Source of the DNA: Coraliomargarita sp.
GTDB taxonomy: Bacteria; Verrucomicrobiota; Verrucomicrobiia; Opitutales; Coraliomargaritaceae
Assembly (NCBI GenBank): GCA_965216325.1
Contig: OZ244160.1
Span: 76,813 to 140,812 of the forward strand
Reading direction: 5' to 3'
Length of the DNA stretch: 64,000 bases
A model generated the notes under the pieces. It was not told the DNA's origin, searched no databases, and saw only the letters and a list, made by a program, of their open reading frames with translations. The translations under genes were made by a program, and so were the position numbers. Of this stretch, positions 61,516-64,000 are shown piece after piece; within the stretch, counting starts at the first letter, position 1; each line of letters starts with the position of its first letter.

Positions 61516-61682
61516 TAATTTTCTAGGCGTTGAAATGGCGCGGAAAATATACAACAAATTTGAGCCAATATTTACCGAGTTTGAATACGCAGCCCCAGGG
61601 TGATCAAATTTCGCTCGGCTCTCAACTGTGCTTGGTTCTTCTTTATGCTAGGCGATAAAATGAGCGAACCAACAACTGAGTA

Positions 61683-62642
61683 GTGCATAAGAACAAAAAA
61701 AGGATTTTAAGGAAGTTACTTGGTAAGAAGTTGGCGGGGTGTCTGCTTTTATACCTTAAGCACGCCTTGGTGTGTCTGATGCGCTTCATTCGAAGGAAAT
61801 TTGGGGTGAACAATGAAATTGCAGTTGTCATATTCAGCTATGATCGACCGATGCAATTGGAGGCCCTGTTGGTTAGCATTCAGCAACACTGGAACTGGCA
61901 AAAAAAAGTATATGTTATCTATCGAATTAGTGGGCCGAAGTATGCGGATGCTTATGAAGCGTTGTTTAATCAATATGCGTTTGTAGTGCCTATACGCGAA
62001 CAGCCTTGTGCTTTTCGTCGTCAGTTGATCGATTTGGTGAAGAAAGCTAAAGTGAGGTGGATCTCTTTGATGGTGGATGATGATTTGCTTGTCGCGGATG
62101 TAGATCAAGATATCCTTCCACACTTAGAAAATGGACACAATTTTAGTCTCAGACTTGGGAGGCATGTGGTGGAATGCCAACCCGTCTACGGCAAGCCTTC
62201 AGTGCCCAAGGCGCTGAAACAATTTAGTGCACCCAATGAGCATTTCATCCATTGGAAATGGGCTGATGGTACATATGACTGGAGGATGCCATTTAGTTTA
62301 GACGGGAATATCGTCAATCGTCTCGAGCTTCAAATATGCTTGAGTTTAATAAAGTTCGAAAATCCGAATACCCTAGAACGAGAGCTTAGGAATATGGAAT
62401 TTCTATACGATTTTGATGAGGGAGTGGCATACTCAAATAGCCGTCTAATCAATATTCCGATGAATCGAGTTCAAGAGTCTGGCCTCCACTTTCCGTCCAT
62501 GGACGTATCAACCGATGATCTGTTGGAAAAGTGGAGGGCTGGGCTGAGGCCCGATTTCTCAAAAATCGTCAATAAGCAATGGCCCTCTACGCATGTTGAA
62601 GCGATGCCCGAATTTATTCAGCCGAGCTCAACTGATTGTTGA
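61683..62642 (+). CDS. Putative GT-A glycosyltransferase, AT-rich
   Basis: VVIFSYDRPMQLEALL, LMVDDD, FSLRLG, PFSLDG; next to waaP. Confidence 0.65.
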   Translation: MHKNKKRILRKLLGKKLAGCLLLYLKHALVCLMRFIRRKFGVNNEIAVVIFSYDRPMQLEALLVSIQQHWNWQKKVYVIYRISGPKYADAYEALFNQYAFVVPIREQPCAFRRQLIDLVKKAKVRWISLMVDDDLLVADVDQDILPHLENGHNFSLRLGRHVVECQPVYGKPSVPKALKQFSAPNEHFIHWKWADGTYDWRMPFSLDGNIVNRLELQICLSLIKFENPNTLERELRNMEFLYDFDEGVAYSNSRLINIPMNRVQESGLHFPSMDVSTDDLLEKWRAGLRPDFSKIVNKQWPSTHVEAMPEFIQPSSTDC

Positions 62643-62652
62643 ACTGTTGCCT

Positions 62653-63498
62653 TTATTCGGAACGTAGAATTTGGGGCAGCTTTGGGGGGCGTTTGTGCCA
62701 GCTGGTATACATTTTATGGGCTTTGGTCGTAATTTGAGCCCAAAGTCGGGGCTGGGTTCTGATTTGCTGTTTCCAGTCGTCGCCGAGGTAGGCCTTGAGG
62801 AAGCGTCCGCAATCTGCAGAGGTGAGGCCGACGTCCAGTGCGGAGAAGATCAGTGAGCGCAGGTCTTTAACTAGCCAGCGTGTGGGGACTTGGGGGCGCT
62901 GTTGGACGCGGTGGAGGTCGATGAGGCTGACTTCGATTTGAGCGCCAGCCTGCCATGCTTGAATGTGCTCGCGGTTGACCAAATAGTGGCAGAGGTAGCA
63001 GTCGCGGTGGTTGATGCCGCTGCGGTGCATTTTGCCGGTCATCAAGCCGACTTCTGTTATGAGGGCGTGTTTGAGGGAGACCCACTGTGGGCCGTTTATG
63101 TTTAGCCAGCCCTCTTTGAAATATTCGAGTGTTTCGCAATCTTCAAGCGCCTCCAGTGCGACAAAGGACTCAACCGCATGGGGATAGCTGCCGCGTTCAC
63201 CTTTGCCGAGCACTTTGGGCACTCGGACGCCTGCAGCTGCCAGCTTTTCCGCGCCTTCCCATTCCGTGCGGGCACTGACGACCGGTTTGCGGAAGCGATA
63301 CCATTCTTTAATCACTTCGCCCCAGCCGCAGCCCAAGTGACGCTTCACATAGAAGTGCAGGTCACCAAGCTGGACCTCGTAGGTCAGTCGGTGTTTGACG
63401 TCGCGATGTGCTTGCCCTTGTTGGGTCAGGAACCAGCCGAACAAATCGGGCTCATCGGCGAGCCGTTGTTTGAGTTCTGGGCTGAGTTCAAGATACAT
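62653..63498 (-). CDS. waaP: LPS core heptose(I) kinase
   Basis: YVKRHLGCGWGE, INHRDCYLCH, LIDLHR, RWLVKDL. Confidence 0.9.
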   Translation of the reverse strand: MYLELSPELKQRLADEPDLFGWFLTQQGQAHRDVKHRLTYEVQLGDLHFYVKRHLGCGWGEVIKEWYRFRKPVVSARTEWEGAEKLAAAGVRVPKVLGKGERGSYPHAVESFVALEALEDCETLEYFKEGWLNINGPQWVSLKHALITEVGLMTGKMHRSGINHRDCYLCHYLVNREHIQAWQAGAQIEVSLIDLHRVQQRPQVPTRWLVKDLRSLIFSALDVGLTSADCGRFLKAYLGDDWKQQIRTQPRLWAQITTKAHKMYTSWHKRPPKLPQILRSE

Positions 63499-63562
63499 GT
63501 TTTTGGAAGGCTGTTCCGAGGAACGAAGTGGCGACATGACCGGGCGCGAAGCGGACCGGATC

Positions 63563-63583
63563 AACCTGAAAGCTGAGACTTGA
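63563..63583. repeat. Heptamer array, same family as 11028-11054 in opposite orientation
   Basis: aacctga aagctga gacttga. Confidence 0.5.
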
Positions 63584-64000
63584 GTGGCTGCGTGGCGTGG
63601 GAAGTTTAAATGTGTGAAAGTTCGGCGGTCCGACTTCTGGATATAGTTTTATGTTGGCGACTGAGTCTAGCCTTGAATTGTTCGGTGCTTGGGGTTGCTC
63701 TGCTAGCCGAATCTGAAGGTTGCCAGTATTCTGGGGATTTCAGATGCTGTGTTTTTGCTAACTTATTACATCTATGCCCTCTGATAAACTGCGTCTTGTG
63801 AATCTAGCTCGCCCAGGAAAGCTGGATCGTGAGTTCATGTGCGCTGCATTCAAGGGGCTGAGGTTGTTAATTGGCGACGTGGGGGAGCGTTTTACCGGAA
63901 AATCGATGCCGTTGGATACGTCGTTTTGCGGCGTGTGTATTGCGGTTCCGAAAGATGAGGAGGCTTTGGAGCAACTGTGCCGCTATGTGCGCGAGTTGTC

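Overview
Mostly housekeeping chromosome, probably from a Verrucomicrobiota (Opitutia/Coraliomargarita-like) bacterium; this is inferred from gene content and the Verru_Chthon-like pilin cassette. Core loci: uppS-cdsA-dxr-rseP, rpsP-trmD-rplS, a DEAD-box helicase, trhO, five prepilin-type genes, an octaheme lipoprotein, ispD/pyrF/ispE/ptsI, purH, aspS-(LptC/LptA fusion)-lptB-hprK, aroK, engB, an NSS transporter, lptF/G, ispA, cysE and pheS-pheT-gatC-gatA-gatB. After gatB lies an accessory hotspot: a foreign nuclease-like ORF, a broken higB with intact higA, a Fic remnant and an ISL3 element. An LPS locus (glycosyltransferase, waaP) follows. The most striking unexplained signal is non-coding. 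Intergenic spacers, including all four junctions of the pheS-pheT-gatCAB operon, hold inverted arrays of short periodic units (period 6, 7 and 9-11 nt) predicted to fold into multi-helix hairpins with symmetric internal loops. Several GTAG-type REP/REPIN elements also occur. Other notable items: a single-chain LptC+3xLptA bridge protein, an antiporter fused to a PTS EIIA domain, an ATPase-dead hybrid kinase, a degenerate sigma54-type regulator, a 49-aa NSS small subunit missed by the ORF track, and a frameshifted AsmA-like gene. No tRNA, rRNA or CRISPR array was recognised. All assignments are by eye; no database searches were run.
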